Shown: one piece after another, positions 25,731 to 39,943 of the stretch | Numbering within the stretch: position 1 is the first letter of the stretch | How the letters are laid out: the number at the start of each line of letters is the position of its first letter | Origin: Catajapyx aquilonaris | Lineage: Eukaryota | Assembly (NCBI GenBank): GCA_000934665.2 | Contig: JYFJ02001691.1 | Coordinates: 1 to 64,000, forward strand | Direction of reading: 5' to 3' | Length of the DNA: 64,000 bases | Translations under genes and position numbers: made by a program | The notes under the pieces: generated by a model | Seen by the model: only the letters and a program-made list of their open reading frames with translations | Told to the model about the DNA's origin: nothing | Database searches by the model: none

Positions 25731-25973
25731 CGTCATATAGGGGGGAAGGGGAGGTTCCCAAGGGAGGGCGATGTGCAGTAGTCACTGACATTCTTTAAAC
25801 ACCAGGCCTTTTCTCCTGGCCCTGGGCAGAGTAGAGAGTGCAATTCTGCCCCGACATGTCGGGTGAAAAGCGGAAAAAGACCCGGCCAAGCAGAGGTGAC
25901 GGGGACGGGATTTGAACCACGGCCTCCCGCTTGGCTGGCCAGTGGCGTCACCACCAGACCACCATGCCTCCCC
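25731..25973 (-). mobile_element. SINE family C
   Basis: Minus-strand TGGTCTGGTGG A-box, GGTTCAAATCCC B-box and family C body. Confidence 0.85.
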
Positions 25974-26440
25974 ATATTCGCCTTATTTTACCATAGTGAT
26001 GGTGAAGATAAGGATAGTGATGGTGAATGAAGAATGAGTAATGAGGATGGGGAAGACTCTTGTGCACTAGCACCATGATCAGGTCAGCCATTATGATGAC
26101 GGCGATGGTGAGGGTATGGTAGTCACCATCACCTATTTCTGGTACTCACCATCTCTTACTCCTGGTAGTCACGGTCACCTATTCCTGGTACAATTACCCT
26201 CACCTCATCACCACCATCACTGTTACCATATACTCAGTCACCTCACCATCCTCACCGTCCGCGTCCCCATCATTACCATATTTACCAGTGATGGTGATGG
26301 TGAGGATAGTGACGCTGATGGGGGTGATGGTGACGGTGCCTACCAGTAGTAGGTGACGGTGACTATACCAGGAATATGTTACAGTGACTACCATACCCTC
26401 ACCATCACCGTCATCATGGCTTACCTGACCATGATGATAC

Positions 26441-26590
26441 TGCTGCTAGATGAAAGAAGACCGTAACTCAAAAACTAGTAAGGGTGAAAGTAAGCATGCC
26501 CTGCTCTAATTGCCCGTTGACTCAGACGAGATTATGCGACTTTCACTCTTACTAGCTTTTGAGTTACGGTCTTCTTACATCTGATGGCAG
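26441..26590. mobile_element. Palindromic MITE (CTGCC.TCAGAT...GACCGTAACTCA TIR family)
   Basis: Arms AGAAGACCGTAACTCAAAA.CTAGTAAG.GTGAAAGT / ACTTTCACTCTTACTAGCTTTTGAGTTACGGTCTTCT. Same termini as the elements at ~41606 and ~52662. Confidence 0.75.
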
Positions 26591-27256
26591 GAAAGTACTC
26601 GTATTTCCACCATCTTCAGAAGTAGGTGATTCTGCACTTACAGTATTTCGTCTAACGATGCAGATATTCCACGAAGGATAATAATGAGACCCTCAGCGTA
26701 ATCTCTGAGCCATACGCATATAACAGTATATCAGCTTTCCAATCATGATCGTTAGATGCATTCAAGCATCGTTATACACACGTCAGACATGTCATATTTA
26801 CCATCATGGATCACTGATTTCCCTCTCGAGGAAGTTAGATTAGCCCCTCCCCCTTCAACCGCTTCATCACCTGCCATCTTGTTACCTGGCCAATTTATAG
26901 TCCCTCCGACTTGTCGCCTGACAATTTGTCGCTCGACAGCTTGTCCACTTCACTTGAACTTGTTGACTCGCCTGACAGAATGATACACAGCGCGACAAAT
27001 TTCAGCCCTGATATTCTACTCTCCCCTAAAGCCGTCTCCAGGCCACCATGTCACCTGTCGATTTGTCTCACGCTAACTACACAGTTGTCAACCTCCTGAC
27101 CGGACACTGAATTTAATAGCTTAGCAATTACGTTGTTTTCTATAGAGCGGAAAAGTCAGCACTCTAGCAAGTGCTGTCCCACAACTTTCTACGGGTGGAC
27201 TTTCATATAGGCTGACCCCATTTGGCCGGGGTACGCTGTACTACATAATCCATGAC

Positions 27257-27613
27257 CAAGAAGTTACCCAATCTCCTAAGTGTACACCTGGATTACACTA
27301 AATTACCTTATGATGACATAGGATTACCTTATGATTACACTAGATTACCTTATGATTTCTCACCTAAGGTCAGAGGTTACCTCTGGGCAGAGGCGGGCAG
27401 TCCAAACCTGCTCGCGACAGGATTACATTAGATTGCCTTATGATTACCCATATTACCTTATGATTACCTATTATTATCATCCAGATTACCTTATGATCCC
27501 CTATTATTTTCCAGATTACCTTATGATTATCATGATTACCTATGATTGCTACATGATTACCAGGATTACCAAAAGCGAAATGTACACCAGATTACCAGAG
27601 CAGTGACCCCTCG
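27257..27613 (+). mobile_element. GATTAC-minisatellite MITE
   Basis: CAAGAAGTTACCCAATCTC..GTGTACAC ... GTACACCAGATTACCAGAG..GACCCCTCG. Degenerate 8-bp TSD TCCATGAC/CTCATGAC. Confidence 0.8.
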
Positions 27614-28449
27614 CTCATGACCCAACCTTCCTTCCCGGCGGACACGCACTTATCCTCAGCGGATATAAGCCCATCTTCGGCGGATACACGCCTAGGAATG
27701 TAGGTAAAAGTGCAAGGTCTCCCGGTATGAAAGCGTAGGCCTTCTCTGCCACATATGTGCCATTCTTCTCATACATTCCTCCAGTTATCCCGGTGTGAGA
27801 GACTGTGCAACGCTTCCCTCTCCCTCCCTCCCTCCCTCCCCGCTTTTCCCTCCCCGCCTTCCCCCACCGTCTCAGCCTGAAAGCCACGAATCTGATTACC
27901 GCATCAGATCTGTCAATTTACATTAGGGAAAGAGTGTTTGCCTTTCGTCTGGCCGATCAAAGGCAACGGCGAGCATTGAGAGCGGCAGGTAGAATCCCCG
28001 GAAGACTCCAGGGCCCCCCGGTCTGGAAGGGTAGGTATATATACTAGGGGGAAAGCGGGGGAGGGAGTGGGTTAAAGGGGAGTTGTGGAGGGGGTCTCGC
28101 CGGTAGAGGGGGGGAAGCACGGATCAAGTCACTCTGGGTTGGTTCTGAACCTAAACAGATCCAGGTTTTAGGTTTCAAGGGGACAAACAGATTGTAATTA
28201 CTGGATAGATGCTGATGTGCCACCTACTGTCAGTTCTGCCCTCTCTAGGTCATTTCTGACCCAGTAATGGTTGTACAATCACCGTCTATATTACAGCGAA
28301 AAAGGTAAACTTCTGTTCACTTCAAGGACATCTAGTTGCTTGCCCCTGGCCGTGCGCCTGGCTACTCTCCTGGGCATGTATCCGCTGAAAGATGGGCATG
28401 TATCCGCTGAAAGATAGGTGTGTATCCGCAATGAAAGAAGGTTAGATCA

Positions 28450-29190
28450 TGTTTCATTTCCCGTTGTCAAGGAACCCATGGAAACTAATTTATAAATCAT
28501 AACCGGCCTGTAGACTTGACCTTGGTGGATAGAGTGTACCCGGAAAACCAGAAGTGGCAGGTCAGCGAAAGTTGGCCATTAAACCTATATAGGGTCCTCT
28601 GAATCCGAATCAGAAAACCGTTTGTCGATATCTCAAGCGTTTAAGGCCCAAATACATGTCCACGGACAGACAGTCACACTTTTTCCTATGATAAAAGTCA
28701 CAAAACCGGGTGTTTTGACCTTGATAAAGTGCTGACGGCTTTATGTACACGCTTCTCGGAGGCAGATCACCGGAAAATGACCCCGAACCTATTTACGGTC
28801 CGCTGAATGCGAATCCGAAAACAGTTTGTCGCGAGGGGTCAATCACTTGTATTTTTTGCGTACACGGACTGCCGGACTACTCGGACTACCCCCCGGGACT
28901 ATCCCCCGGACTATCCCCCGGACTATCCCCTGGACTATCCCCTGGACCATCCCCCGGACTGCCCCCGGACTGCCCCCGGACCATCCCCGGACTATCCACC
29001 TGACTATCCCCCGGACTACCCACGAAGGTGTACACGGACTACCCTTAGTGAATAACCCCTCGGTTTGTCGCTATCCCTTATACTTGTCCACGGACGGACA
29101 GACATACATAGCAGTTCTATAAGGCATTTTCGAGACGAAAAAGTCAAAAAACGGGTGTTTTGACCTTGCTACAGTGCTGACGCCGACACG
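28450..29190 (-). mobile_element. Tandem HINE-like fragments
   Basis: CTGAATCCGAATC.GAAAAC.GTTTGTCG.TATC...TGTCCACGGACAGAC core occurs twice. Confidence 0.6.
28832..29062. mobile_element. P-like MITE with GGACTATCCCCC internal minisatellite
   Basis: TIR CGAGGGGTCAATCACT / AGTGAATAACCCCTCG with GTACAC subterminal motifs. Perfect 8-bp TSD GTTTGTCG at 28824-28831 and 29063-29070. Confidence 0.9.
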
Positions 29191-31924
29191 GTGCTCCTGA
29201 GGGAACAGTCCCTTACTTGCTAATCTACCGTCGGGGAAAGTAAAACAAAGGAGGTGGTGACACGACTGGTGTGAACCCAACAGCCCGACTGACTGCAACT
29301 GACAGCACTTCCGACTTTACGGGTCAGATCAATGCATGACGTCAGACTAATACTGCATATCTCATTGTTAAAATCCCTTCTCCTTTTTCCAGGAAACGCT
29401 AATGAGGTTTCCAATCCTGAGGGCCGGGGATGGTAATCCTACCTAAACTGGCAAGTCCTCCCCCAACTCCCACTCCACCCACCAACCAACCAATAATGTT
29501 TCGAGGCAAACAGGCGTAATTGCTAACAGAAGCCGGAATAAAGATCTTACGACCTCGAGATAGCCATCTTTATAATCCAACCGGCTTATGCCTATTACTT
29601 GCTTAATGGTGGCGGACCAGGGGCCCAGGCGGGGGCTGCTTAAGTGGGAGCCTAGGTAAGGTCTTGTTCCATATTAATTCCAACCGGTAGTACCTTACAC
29701 TTGAATGGATATTGTGGCCTAAGTGCTGGGTAAGATATTAAAAAAATTAATAAGTGAAGAGAGGGTTGTAATCCTGATTACTTAAATTGCTGGGGGTGAT
29801 TACGAGGCTACTTTTAGTCGTAATTGCTCATCTTGGCAAGGAAGAGTAGGTCATTACCGTCAGACTGCGTTGATGCATATCACACGCGAGGGGGATTACT
29901 TTCTACTCTTTTCAGACATGAACATGTGGCTGGGTCGGTCTTAACGTCAGGTCGGGTCTTGAGGGGTTACATGCACAAAATAATCGAGACCAGTTGTAAT
30001 TAGTGACAGTGAGAGGCTACACTGTTTGTAATCAGGGTTGTGGTAGCCTCAGATGAGGCTAGGTCTCAGGTGGGTAGCCTCAGATGAGGCTCGACCTCAG
30101 GTCGGTAGCCTCAGACGAGGCTAGCACCCATTAGAATTATCTAAGCACACCGTAGCGATGATGACCTGTCATCTTTCACAATCCAGTCATTTGAGGACAA
30201 TAGTTTGAGAAGTATAGTCCAGAATGACCTCAGGACTTCCATACCCTCTCTATCCAACTCTATTCATCCAAATGATCCCCTCTCCTTCCAACCCTCCCTC
30301 TTACCTCTCATTCCACTCATAAGCTCGGCTAAAAATGCTGATATAGGATTGGCCCCGGCTATAAAATTAAATGGATAGGCATTTCTCCCTCGTACTGCGT
30401 CGTTATCTCGTAAACCTTACGAGTCCCCCGTGTCCCGTTTCCCTAATGCAACAAGTCAGGATATCAAGAATCCCCCCTAGAATGCGTGTATCTGGGGCTA
30501 GGGAGTTTATCTCAAAAGTGGGGGAAGGCGGGGGAAAACTGTTTTGTCCGGATGAAGGGCCACGGGTATTTTTGCCTACGGTGGGGGTAGGAAACAGATG
30601 GGATTGGGTTTTAATAGTCGTTGTTAGACGTGAAGGGTTATTTGAATCGAGGATGACGCTAGGGGACCGTCTCTTGACCTACCTCAAGTACCCTTGCCCA
30701 GCGTACCCTGCTGACCGTACTCTTTGACCACCGTACCCTTGCTCACAGTCTCCTGGCTGACCGTCCTCTTTCCCACCGTTTTCTTCATCACAGTAGACAG
30801 TACCCTTGTTCAGTCTCCTGGCCCACAGTCCCCTGTCGCACCGTACTATTTCCCACAGTACATTTTCTTATCGTACTCTTGCCCACCGTACCCTTGTCCA
30901 GTCTCCTGGCCCACAGTCCCCTTGCCCACTGTCCCATGGCTCACCATCCACTGGCTTACCGTACTCTTGCCTATCCAGGAGACTGGACAAGGGTACAGTG
31001 AGGAAGAAAACGGTGAGCAAGAGTACGGTGGGCAAGAGTATGGTGAGCCAGGGGACAGTGGGCAACGGGTCCTCGCATACCTTCCCCTGGTGCACCGCAC
31101 TCTTGCCCACCATTTCCTTCCTCACCGTACCCTTGTCCAGTCTCCTGACCCACCGTCCCCTGGCCCACAGTCACCCAGCGCCACCCATCTCCTTCCCAAA
31201 ATCTACCATTTAAAACTAACCCGTAAGTCCCATAACCACTAAAATCCCTGCCCTTGGCGTCCGTACACGTCCGTTAAACAAACCCTCCAGGTCACGTACC
31301 CGTCAAGGATAAACCAATCCCCAGAATTCGAGGATAGCAACAATGTCGTGGGGCCCAAACCTGCTCTGGAATGAAACAATTTCTCACGCCCCGTTTAGGC
31401 TTGCAGGTGTGCACCTCCGGAACATCTCACCGGAATCCCTCCCTCCCCACCCCAGCCTTACCCCCCACCACAGCACCGGAGTGCTGTTTACACACTCTGG
31501 AGAAAGCCTGCCGGGTCACGATAAAGGAAAGGGGAGAGGAGCAAGGGAGGGAGGGAGGGAAGCCCTCCTACCTCCCTTTTCCTCCAACTAAGTCCGAGCA
31601 CCAACTTTGAGCAAACACGGCTCCGATCCTGGGCTACATTTTAAAAAGGAGGTGAAAAAGGGCGGAGAAGTGTATAAGGTGTTTTTAAAGCTGGGCCTGG
31701 CAGTAGGTCGGGCTAGATGGCAGCATAGAAGCCAACCCCCGGCATTTGGGCTGGACCCGGCATTGCAGTACAGCCTGTCACGCCCGGCCACGGTCTTATA
31801 GTAAGGTCCGGTCACTCCCCTACCCTTTTGAGTTATTTTCGCTCTTCCGGCTTCGGCGCTGTAGTCTCCACACTCACTGAGCGATGGTGGCGGTCCTGGC
31901 AGATGATTATTGAAGATTCCTCCT

Positions 31925-32238
31925 CCAGGGGTTACTCACTCTGGTAATCAAGTGTACACTACGTTTGGTAATCCTGGTAATCATGATAATCATAATAATG
32001 TGATCATAGAAAATCCTAAGGTAATCATAAGATAATCTGGGTAATCTGGGTAATCTGGGTAATCAAAATGTAATCTGCGTAGTCACGGGTAATCACGGTA
32101 ATCACAAGTAATCTGGGTAATCATAACTAAAGGTAATCTCGACAATCACAAGTAATGTGGGTAATCTCGTGTAATCGTGTAAAAAAGGTAATCTAGGGTA
32201 ATCATGGGGTACACTTCTTCGGAGTTGGTAACCCTTAG
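31925..32238 (-). mobile_element. GATTAC-minisatellite MITE
   Basis: CCAGGGGTTACTCACTCTGGTAATC ... GTACACTTCTTCGGAGTTGGTAACCCTTAG. No 8-bp TSD visible. Confidence 0.8.
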
Positions 32239-32278
32239 TCCGGGCTCTACTCCAGCTTTTTGGAGAGCTTAAACGCTC

Positions 32279-32553
32279 CCCGCTTCGGCGCTGGTGTAGT
32301 CTCCACACTCTTCAAGAGACTGCCATGGCGGACGATTACTGAAGCGGCCTCTACAAGCATCGATACGAGCCGTATCGATGTATCGATGCAAGAGATTGTA
32401 GATGCAGACTACTGAAGCTGCCTCTACAGATACATCGATGCGAACCACATTTCCACATCGATGTAACTATGAGAGCTTGTAGAGTCAACTTAAGTAGTCG
32501 TCCGCCAGAACCGTCGCTCGGAGAATGTTGAGACTACACCAGCGCCGAAGCGG
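32279..32553. mobile_element. Palindromic MITE
   Basis: TIR CCGCTTCGGCGCTGGTGTAGTCTC / GAGACTACACCAGCGCCGAAGCGG. Partial copy at ~31846-31924. Confidence 0.8.
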
Positions 32554-33794
32554 AAACACCCTCTTGATGAGGGAGAAGAACTAAGCTCCTGGGGGCTTCC
32601 ATAAGGCTGGAGTAGGAATGTCCTCATTAGATGCGTGTGACCAACCCACACCAGTTGATGCTAGTTTGGCCGCATGTGGCCTGGGGGAAGGCTAGACTGT
32701 TATTTCCCTGACTTCCATAGTTTTTGACCCATCCAGCAGCTGAGCGGTGGGAAAAGTGACAAAAACCCACTGTTTTTCCACGTCTCTCGCCACCAGAGCG
32801 CGCTTCTGCCGCATATGGGATTTTCTACCATGCGGCTTTTTCCACCTGCTCTTTTTCAGATTGTGTGCGCTCATTTTCATAAGTGATTCATATTTCCACC
32901 GCAGTTCCCCGACGGAATGAAGAGCCGCTGATGCATTTCTCTGTCAGATTATCTTGTCACCCCCGAGTTTATTGCGTTAACTTGTCTGGTTCCCATTAAC
33001 AACTTGGGGGGCCCCCGACTCGGCTTGTTAGTAAATGTCAACGTTTGCCGGGCGAAAATTAGCAAGGAATTCGGATTTCCGGACGAAAAACGATGAGAAT
33101 TGTGCCAAAGGCAGTGCATGGTGCAACAATGCACGTCAGGCACTTCTTTTAACAAGTTTTTATATGGTTTTGTTGGTCCGTCAAATGACCTTGAATAGTT
33201 TTTCCAACTTTGCGTTGTTAACTAACATTCTTTTTAAAAACTGCTATGCACGAAACATGGCTAACGGTATTCCCTACAAGTCTAAGGAAGGAAATCGGAC
33301 TTTCACCTAATAGTTAATTTACTATTATCTCCCGAACTTAGCTGTCCATTATTGTAGGGTATGTCTATGGCCATGTTGATTGCTTTTCAATTTTTAAATA
33401 GAATCGTGAACAAAGTAAACTCTCGGTAGACGGTATTACTTGAAACCTACCCATACTTGGGTACTGAAGTACTACTGAAGCAGCACTGTTCCAATGCATT
33501 AGTCAAATCCTCTACCTCTCCGTCTCGCCTGACAACAAACAGCATGATAATTATCCCAGCTTCACACTCATAATGAGTTGTACGTCGGGACTGCCAGAGC
33601 GTCCTGTTGTAATTTGGTGTCTGTACGCACTTCCCCCGGACTCCCTTTGTTCTGGTTTTCCTGGTGGAAGATGCCAGGGGTGTACACCTCCATCATGACA
33701 GGATCTTGCCACAATGAACCTGTGAAATTGAACGCTTCAAACGGAAAAAGATGGCCGAGGTAGAGAAGCTAGATTGGCCGATAGAGGGGCTGAG

Positions 33795-34065
33795 GAGAGG
33801 CTAGCTGCTTCTATGGGTTCTGTAGAGGCTTAGGTAGAGACTAACTGTTTCTGTAGATGCTTAGGTGGAAGCTAACTGCTTCTGTAGAGGCTTCGGTAGA
33901 GGCTAACTGCTTCTGTAGAGGCTTCGGTAGAGGCTAGCTGCTTCTGTAGAGGCTTCGGTAGAGGCTAGCTGCTTCTGTAGAGGCTTCGGTAGAGGCTAGC
34001 TGCTTCTGTAGGGGCTTCGGTAGAGGCTAGCTGCTTCTGTAGAGGCTTCGGTAGAGGCTAGCTGG
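33795..34065. repeat. 30-bp minisatellite
   Basis: GGTAGAGGCTAGCTGCTTCTGTAGAGGCTTC-type tandem units. Confidence 0.9.
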
Positions 34066-34819
34066 AACCAACGAGTTCGTAAGCAGAATGGACAACGACT
34101 TACAGAGTGAAACTTTGAAGTGTCCATGCCTACTCTCCTCAATCCTCATCATACCCAACTGCACCAATTGTCACACTATTCGAATAGTTTCCCATGCAAT
34201 ATGATCCAGTCGTATCTCCTTTCACTTGCTATGCCTGGATCAATTAAAACGTCTAGCCTAAGTGCATGGGAATGGTGCCACACACCTTTTCGACACGTCT
34301 CCATTCAAGTCCCATCATCCCACTCTGCATGTCCCCCTTTGTTTGACGATGACAAAAAGGGTCCTCCTACCACCCACTTCCACACTGGTGTAATGCAAGA
34401 CAGCTCGGCAAACACTCGCTCTGAATCCGGGATTAATATCGGGCTTAAAACTCGCAGTGGATTTATCACAATCACATTCGCCTAACGAGAAAACCAGAAC
34501 GAATGGAGGTAAATTACATTTATGTGGGACAAATGGATGTGTAGGGCATATGCTGGACACTCAGATGATCCATGGTGATGATCATGATCAGTGTGATGAT
34601 CTAGTGATCAAAAAATGATCAGTGCGGGATCAGTAGGTCACTAGGTGGCGCGGACACGGGGGACGTCTGGAAGTGAACCTGGGTGGAGGCTACCTGGTTT
34701 GTCAACAGTCGTGAGACAGCCTAAGTCGAGGCTAGTCCAAGATCACGACCACGAGTGACCCTTTGAGGAGAGAGAAGATTAACTAAGGTCAGATCTTACA
34801 CATTAGGTTAAGCCTGGAT

Positions 34820-34964
34820 AGTATAAGAGGGAGGAGAGGGAGTAGAGGATAGAGTAGTCTACTCTATCCTACCACCACCACATGAGAAAGTAGAGGAGAA
34901 AGTAGACTACTCTCTTTTCTACTCCCTCGTGTAGTAGTAGTAGTAGTAGTAGTAGGAGTAGGAG

Positions 34965-35021
<57 letters not shown>

Positions 35022-35151
35022 GAGTAGTAGTAGTAGTAGTAGAGGGAATAGATGATAGAGTATACGAGCAGACTACTCTCTCCTCTACTCCCTAGTGGAG
35101 GATAGAGTAAGAGAGAGTAGTCTACTCTATCCTCTATTCCCTCTACTCTAT

Positions 35152-35194
<43 letters not shown>

Positions 35195-35345
35195 ACGAGG
35201 AGTAGAAGAGAGAGTCGACTACTCTTCTTTACTATCTATCCTCTACTAGATGGAGTAGAGTCAGTAGACAGTAGAGGATAGAGTATAGGATATAGTAAAT
35301 GCTGTAGTAGAGGCAGTAGAGGAGTAGATGTTACAGTAGACAGGA
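34820..35345. repeat. Fold-back (TAG)n/(CTA)n microsatellite complex
   Basis: (GTA)n tract at ~34930-35040, inverted (CTA)n tract at ~35153-35193, and multiple AGAGTAG.CTACTCT palindromic motifs. Confidence 0.8.
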
Positions 35346-35904
35346 GAAGAGGTTTTCTGCTTTGTAAATAGTCGTGTGATAGTCGGATATGAGGCCATCA
35401 GCTAATTTTGATTCCCGATATTATAACTAATTGAAAGTCTGACTTCCCCATCCTGATAATAGGTGTTTTTGAAGTGCACCTACCCCCTTCTGGTTTCCAG
35501 ATTAGAGGAAAAGGCCCAAGGGCGGTTAGAAACTGGTTGTTCATTAAGGTGTGGGGGGTGGGTGGAGGGGGCGTCAACTGATGAGCTGCTTTTAACCCTT
35601 CCAAACATCTTTCCAAGTTCTCGCTCCAGGGGATGCCAAAGACGCCCTCTTTATCGAAGGAATTTGGAGAAGGATTACGCCTATCTGACTAATCCCATTC
35701 ATTATTAACACCAGACGTGAATTGATGGACTTGGGGCCCTCCCGCCAGTTCTTCCAAAAGCGCCCAAGGGGTGTTAGCGCTGACGTCATACCAATCTCAG
35801 AATTGGAAATCAAAATAGTCCGCCAGGAATCAAGTAGGGCCAGGTTGTAGTTAAATTCGCGATTAAGAAATTTTCTGTTCAGAAAACGTCATATGCGTAG
35901 AACG

Positions 35905-36432
35905 GATCTGTCCATCTGTCCGTCCGTGGACATTTATCAGGGCCTAAACGGTACGAGATAGCGACAAACTGTTTTCAAATTCGGATTCAGCGGACATTAA
36001 TAGGTTTAATTGTCAACTTCCGGTGACCTAACACTTCCGGTTTGCCTGTAAATAATAAACGAGATTCGCAAATCACGCGAGCGGGATTCGAGCTGACTTT
36101 CTCTCATTGCCAAGAAAATTCAAATTGGGCAACAACTATGAATATTGTAGGTAGCGAGAAACGGTTTTCGGATGAGGACGTGTTACCTGTCCACGGACGG
36201 ACAGATGAACCGTTCTGTAATACTTTTCGATGAGAAAAGTCTAAAAAGTTATAGAGCGGCTCTGTCCATTCGTGCACAGGTATCAGGGGCTAAACGGTAT
36301 AATAGAGCAACTAACGGGTTTCGTATTCAGATTCAGCGTAACCAAAACAGGTTGCATGGTCAATTACAAGCTGATTAAAAATAAAAAGTCTACTCGAATC
36401 ACTCTCGCGTGATTTGCCAATCTCGTATTGTT
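35905..36432. mobile_element. Cluster of HINE-like fragments in both orientations
   Basis: Core TATCAGGGCCTAAACGG..TTCAGCGGAC. Terminal stem-loop blocks at ~36057 (AACGAGATT..AAATCACGCGAGCG.GATTCG) and ~36385 (AAAAGTCTACTCGAATCAC.CTCGCGTGATT). Confidence 0.6.
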
Positions 36433-37034
36433 CCAAGCCCTACACAAAGGCGTGCCATTTTCAACTACCAACCAGAGAGGCTTGTAACGCACCTAGTAAC
36501 CTCCATCCTGCATGCAAAATGTAATAATTCCTGGTCAAAGCCCTTTTCCACTAAAAGTCGCGATTATAAATATTTTTTCCCCATATCCACAAAAAAATGG
36601 CTTCCCTCCGGTTGTTTCATCTCCCCGCCTGGTTCCCGGAGCCCAGGGAGTGGGCCTGGCATCGGATCCTGCCAGCCAAATTCATGCAAATTGAATTCAT
36701 TAGCTTCACGCCCCGCATGTCAAAGCACGCGGGGGTTAATAAGGCGTTCTAGGGTAGTAAGGGGACTTCTTGTGCAGGACCCTCATCATCAGATGGCAGA
36801 CCTTGTCACCAGACAAGATTTCCACCGGAATTGACGGAAAGGAAGAGCTTCCACCAACCACGATTTATTGAGGAACACGGGTATATGCTTTGGGCTGCAT
36901 TGCTATTACCGCTATTTAAATGGTAATGCGGTGCAAGGCTCATCTGGAACGTGTGGTGGGGCGTGGGCCAAGATGCGGAAGCGCGCTCCGGACTACTGAT
37001 AAGAATCCATTAAGTCCATCTGCGACGCTTATTG

Positions 37035-37950
37035 TTGTAGTAGGACATGGTTGCAGAATAAGGAACCAGGTACGGACTCACAGCCAGTCTGCTGGCTCAC
37101 ACCGGTCCCCTGGCTCGCAGCCAGTCTCCTGACCCACAGACAGTCTCTTGCTCTACAGTCCGTTTCCTGCCCCACAGTCCGTCTCCTGTCTCACTACAGG
37201 TCGCCTGGCTCACATCCTGTCTCCTGACCCACAGTCGGTGTGCAGACTCAGAGTCCAAAGGTACGTGTGATAGAGATAACCCCACGCTGGGCGTCAGTGT
37301 GAGTCTCACCTCTGAATGTAGTCACTTCCGAACCGGGAGGGCACCTGACCCGTCTCATGCACCTCATCCCATCTCCCGTTGCCACAGCCAGTGTCCTGCC
37401 CCACAGCCGGTTTCGTGCTCACAGTCAGACTCGCTGTCCAAAGCGACATTGGATGGAGATGACCCTACGTTGGGCGCCATTGTGAGCCTCGCCTCCCTAT
37501 GTAGTCACTGCTGACTCAGGAAGACTCCTGACACGTCTCCTGTTCCCACAGGCTGTCTCCTGACTCATGAGTCATGAGACAGACTGTGGGAACAGGAGAC
37601 GCGTCAGGTACTATCGCGGAGTCAGTCGATTCCGCGTAGTAGGACATGGGTACAAAATAAGAGACCAGGTACGGGTTCACAGCCAGTCTCCTGGCTCACA
37701 ACCTGTCTCCTGGCTCACAACCTGTCTCCTGTCAGACTCGCATTCAAAAGTTACATGGAATGGAGATAGCCCCGCGCTGGGCGTCATTGTGACGTCCCTA
37801 GGCAGTCACTTCTGACTCTGGAGGGCAACTTACCCGTCTCCTGACCCTCATCCAGGCTCCTGTCCACATCGTCTTCTGACTCATGAGTAACTAGACCGAC
37901 TGTGGGTCGGGAGATGGGTCCGGTGCCCTCCGGAGTCAGTAGTGACTGCC
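37035..37950. repeat. Duplicated CACAG/GTCTCCTG-rich unit, each ending in a hairpin
   Basis: GTAGTAGGACATGG...CCAGGTACGG.CTCACAGCCAGTCT at ~37037 and ~37636. Both units end in a fold-back near ACTCATGAGT. Confidence 0.7.
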
Positions 37951-39943
37951 TATGGACGTCATACTGGCGCCCACCGGGGGGATATCTCATCTCACTTAAC
38001 TTTTTCTTAAAACTATGTCCCCTAGCATACTTCATCCCCCTGACTAGCCCATTCAGGGTATAGCAACCTAGTCTAACTTGTCTATCGCCACATCTCGGTT
38101 AGAGCCAAATTGCAGAATAATGTGTAGCTTAATAACAAAAGCTGGTGGAGTTTCTGCTTCTTTCCTTGGGAAATGACTTGCGCTTTTTTTACCCCTTCCT
38201 TCCCTCGGCGAAGACGGTAGAGATAATCTGGATAATGAAGGCCGTGTCCAACAGCATCAGTTTGAGGCGAGATGAGACGGCAAGAAAATTGCCTCGTTTT
38301 GCGTCTTTTTCTACTTGAACCCCAGCGCTTTGGCCTAATCCAGGCACCCGTTTTTTCTCATCTTGATAATCATCTGCACTGAGAGTCAAGCCTTGCTCTG
38401 CCAACAAGCGGCGTAACTCAAGCCGTAGTGTATACCAAAGGGAGGTCAAATTACGGGCAGAGAACAGAAGGTGGAGGTGAAATACTCCGCAGATGAGATA
38501 GTATCGCTCGATCGTAGCGATACCGTGTAAATGTTTAAAGTTCGTCTGCTAAAGCGACCATCTTCGTCATTTTTGGCGTATACATAACCTACCAGAAGCA
38601 CCCGGACGTCCCAATAAGATAAATCATCGGGCGTGATGGACCGTGTCTGCAGGGCCGCAGACGGACAGTGCCTGTAGGGTCACAGACCGTGCCTGGTAGG
38701 ACCACAGGCCGTGCCTGGTAGGACCACAGACGGACAGTGCCTATAGGGTACCGACAGTGCCTGTAATGCCACTTCAGACCGTGCCTGTAGGGCCACGACG
38801 GACAATCCTTGCAGCACCATAGACGGACATACCTGACACGACCCCAGACCGCACCTGGCATGACCACCCGACGCGACGGCCAGTCCTGCTGTGGTCTCCT
38901 AAAAGTCATACAGCTTAACCAACATCCTGAGAGTTTCCCAGTCCCTAGTGATCCCCAACGTCTTACCACCATCCCCAAGATTGAATCTAGTTTACCCCCC
39001 CCTCCATCTTTCGCACCCCACTCCTTCCCTCCTTCCTCGAATTTACGAGCCAAATTAAGTGATCTTTGGACCTAATTGCCTGTGGACTTCTTGCTCGGGG
39101 AACAGATTGCCACCAACTTGGCCAAGTTTTCCCGCCTTTCTTGCATAATGAATGCCAAATCGAGAAAACTCCCTGAGTCTTAAGATGGTCCTAAATTACG
39201 GCCCTGCTGTCGGCAGTTGGGCCCTCGTTTTTCCCTCCACTTTTGTTTGAAGATGAGCGTTAGTTGGTGGGGGAGGAGGGAGAAGATGGAGGAAGGCGTT
39301 TCAAGTCAAATGAGTCTTCTCATCCGGAAGTCATATCCGATGAGGCAGATGTACCATTTACTTTTACTGTCGTTTTGTGCAATGTCCGAATAAATCTTGA
39401 GGAGATGGGCTTCTTTTGTCTTAAAATGCCTGGGATGAGGCGTAAGGGTTGACAAAGGGCCTAGGAGGAGGCTAGATATGTCCAAGTCTGTTAGGCCTTT
39501 ACCACGGTCCGTCTCGTGTCCATGCCAGGCACTGTCCGTCTGCGGCCCTACAGGAACGGCTTTCCGGTAATACGATACGACCATTCTCGGGTTTGTTTAC
39601 TAGAACTAGTACAGTACAGTGCAGCCCACACTCTAGGCAAGTACTAGAGTCTATCGCGCTTTAAGAAGTTTAAAATCCAGAAGAAAGAGTGTACAAGCAC
39701 TGCTTAAGCTTTGCCAAAGGCAGAGCTTGAAATATCAGGAACTTTTTTTTCAACTTCAACATTCGCAATACAAGGAGTAGGATCGATTCAGTAAGTGTTT
39801 GTCGGTAGAGTATGGCCATAACAAACGGATTAGTGAGGTCAAGGATATGTGGTCTCAAATTATCAAGAAAAACGAAGAAACCGTGCCTGGCAGGGACAGT
39901 ACTGGTGCGGTCAGCCGAAATTCATAGTTTCTTTGTTTGCTGT

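Noticed and set aside
38189..38449. 86-aa minus-strand ORF with protein-like composition
   Set aside because: No recognisable domain and no clear splice or start context. It cannot be supported without BLASTX or RNA-seq.
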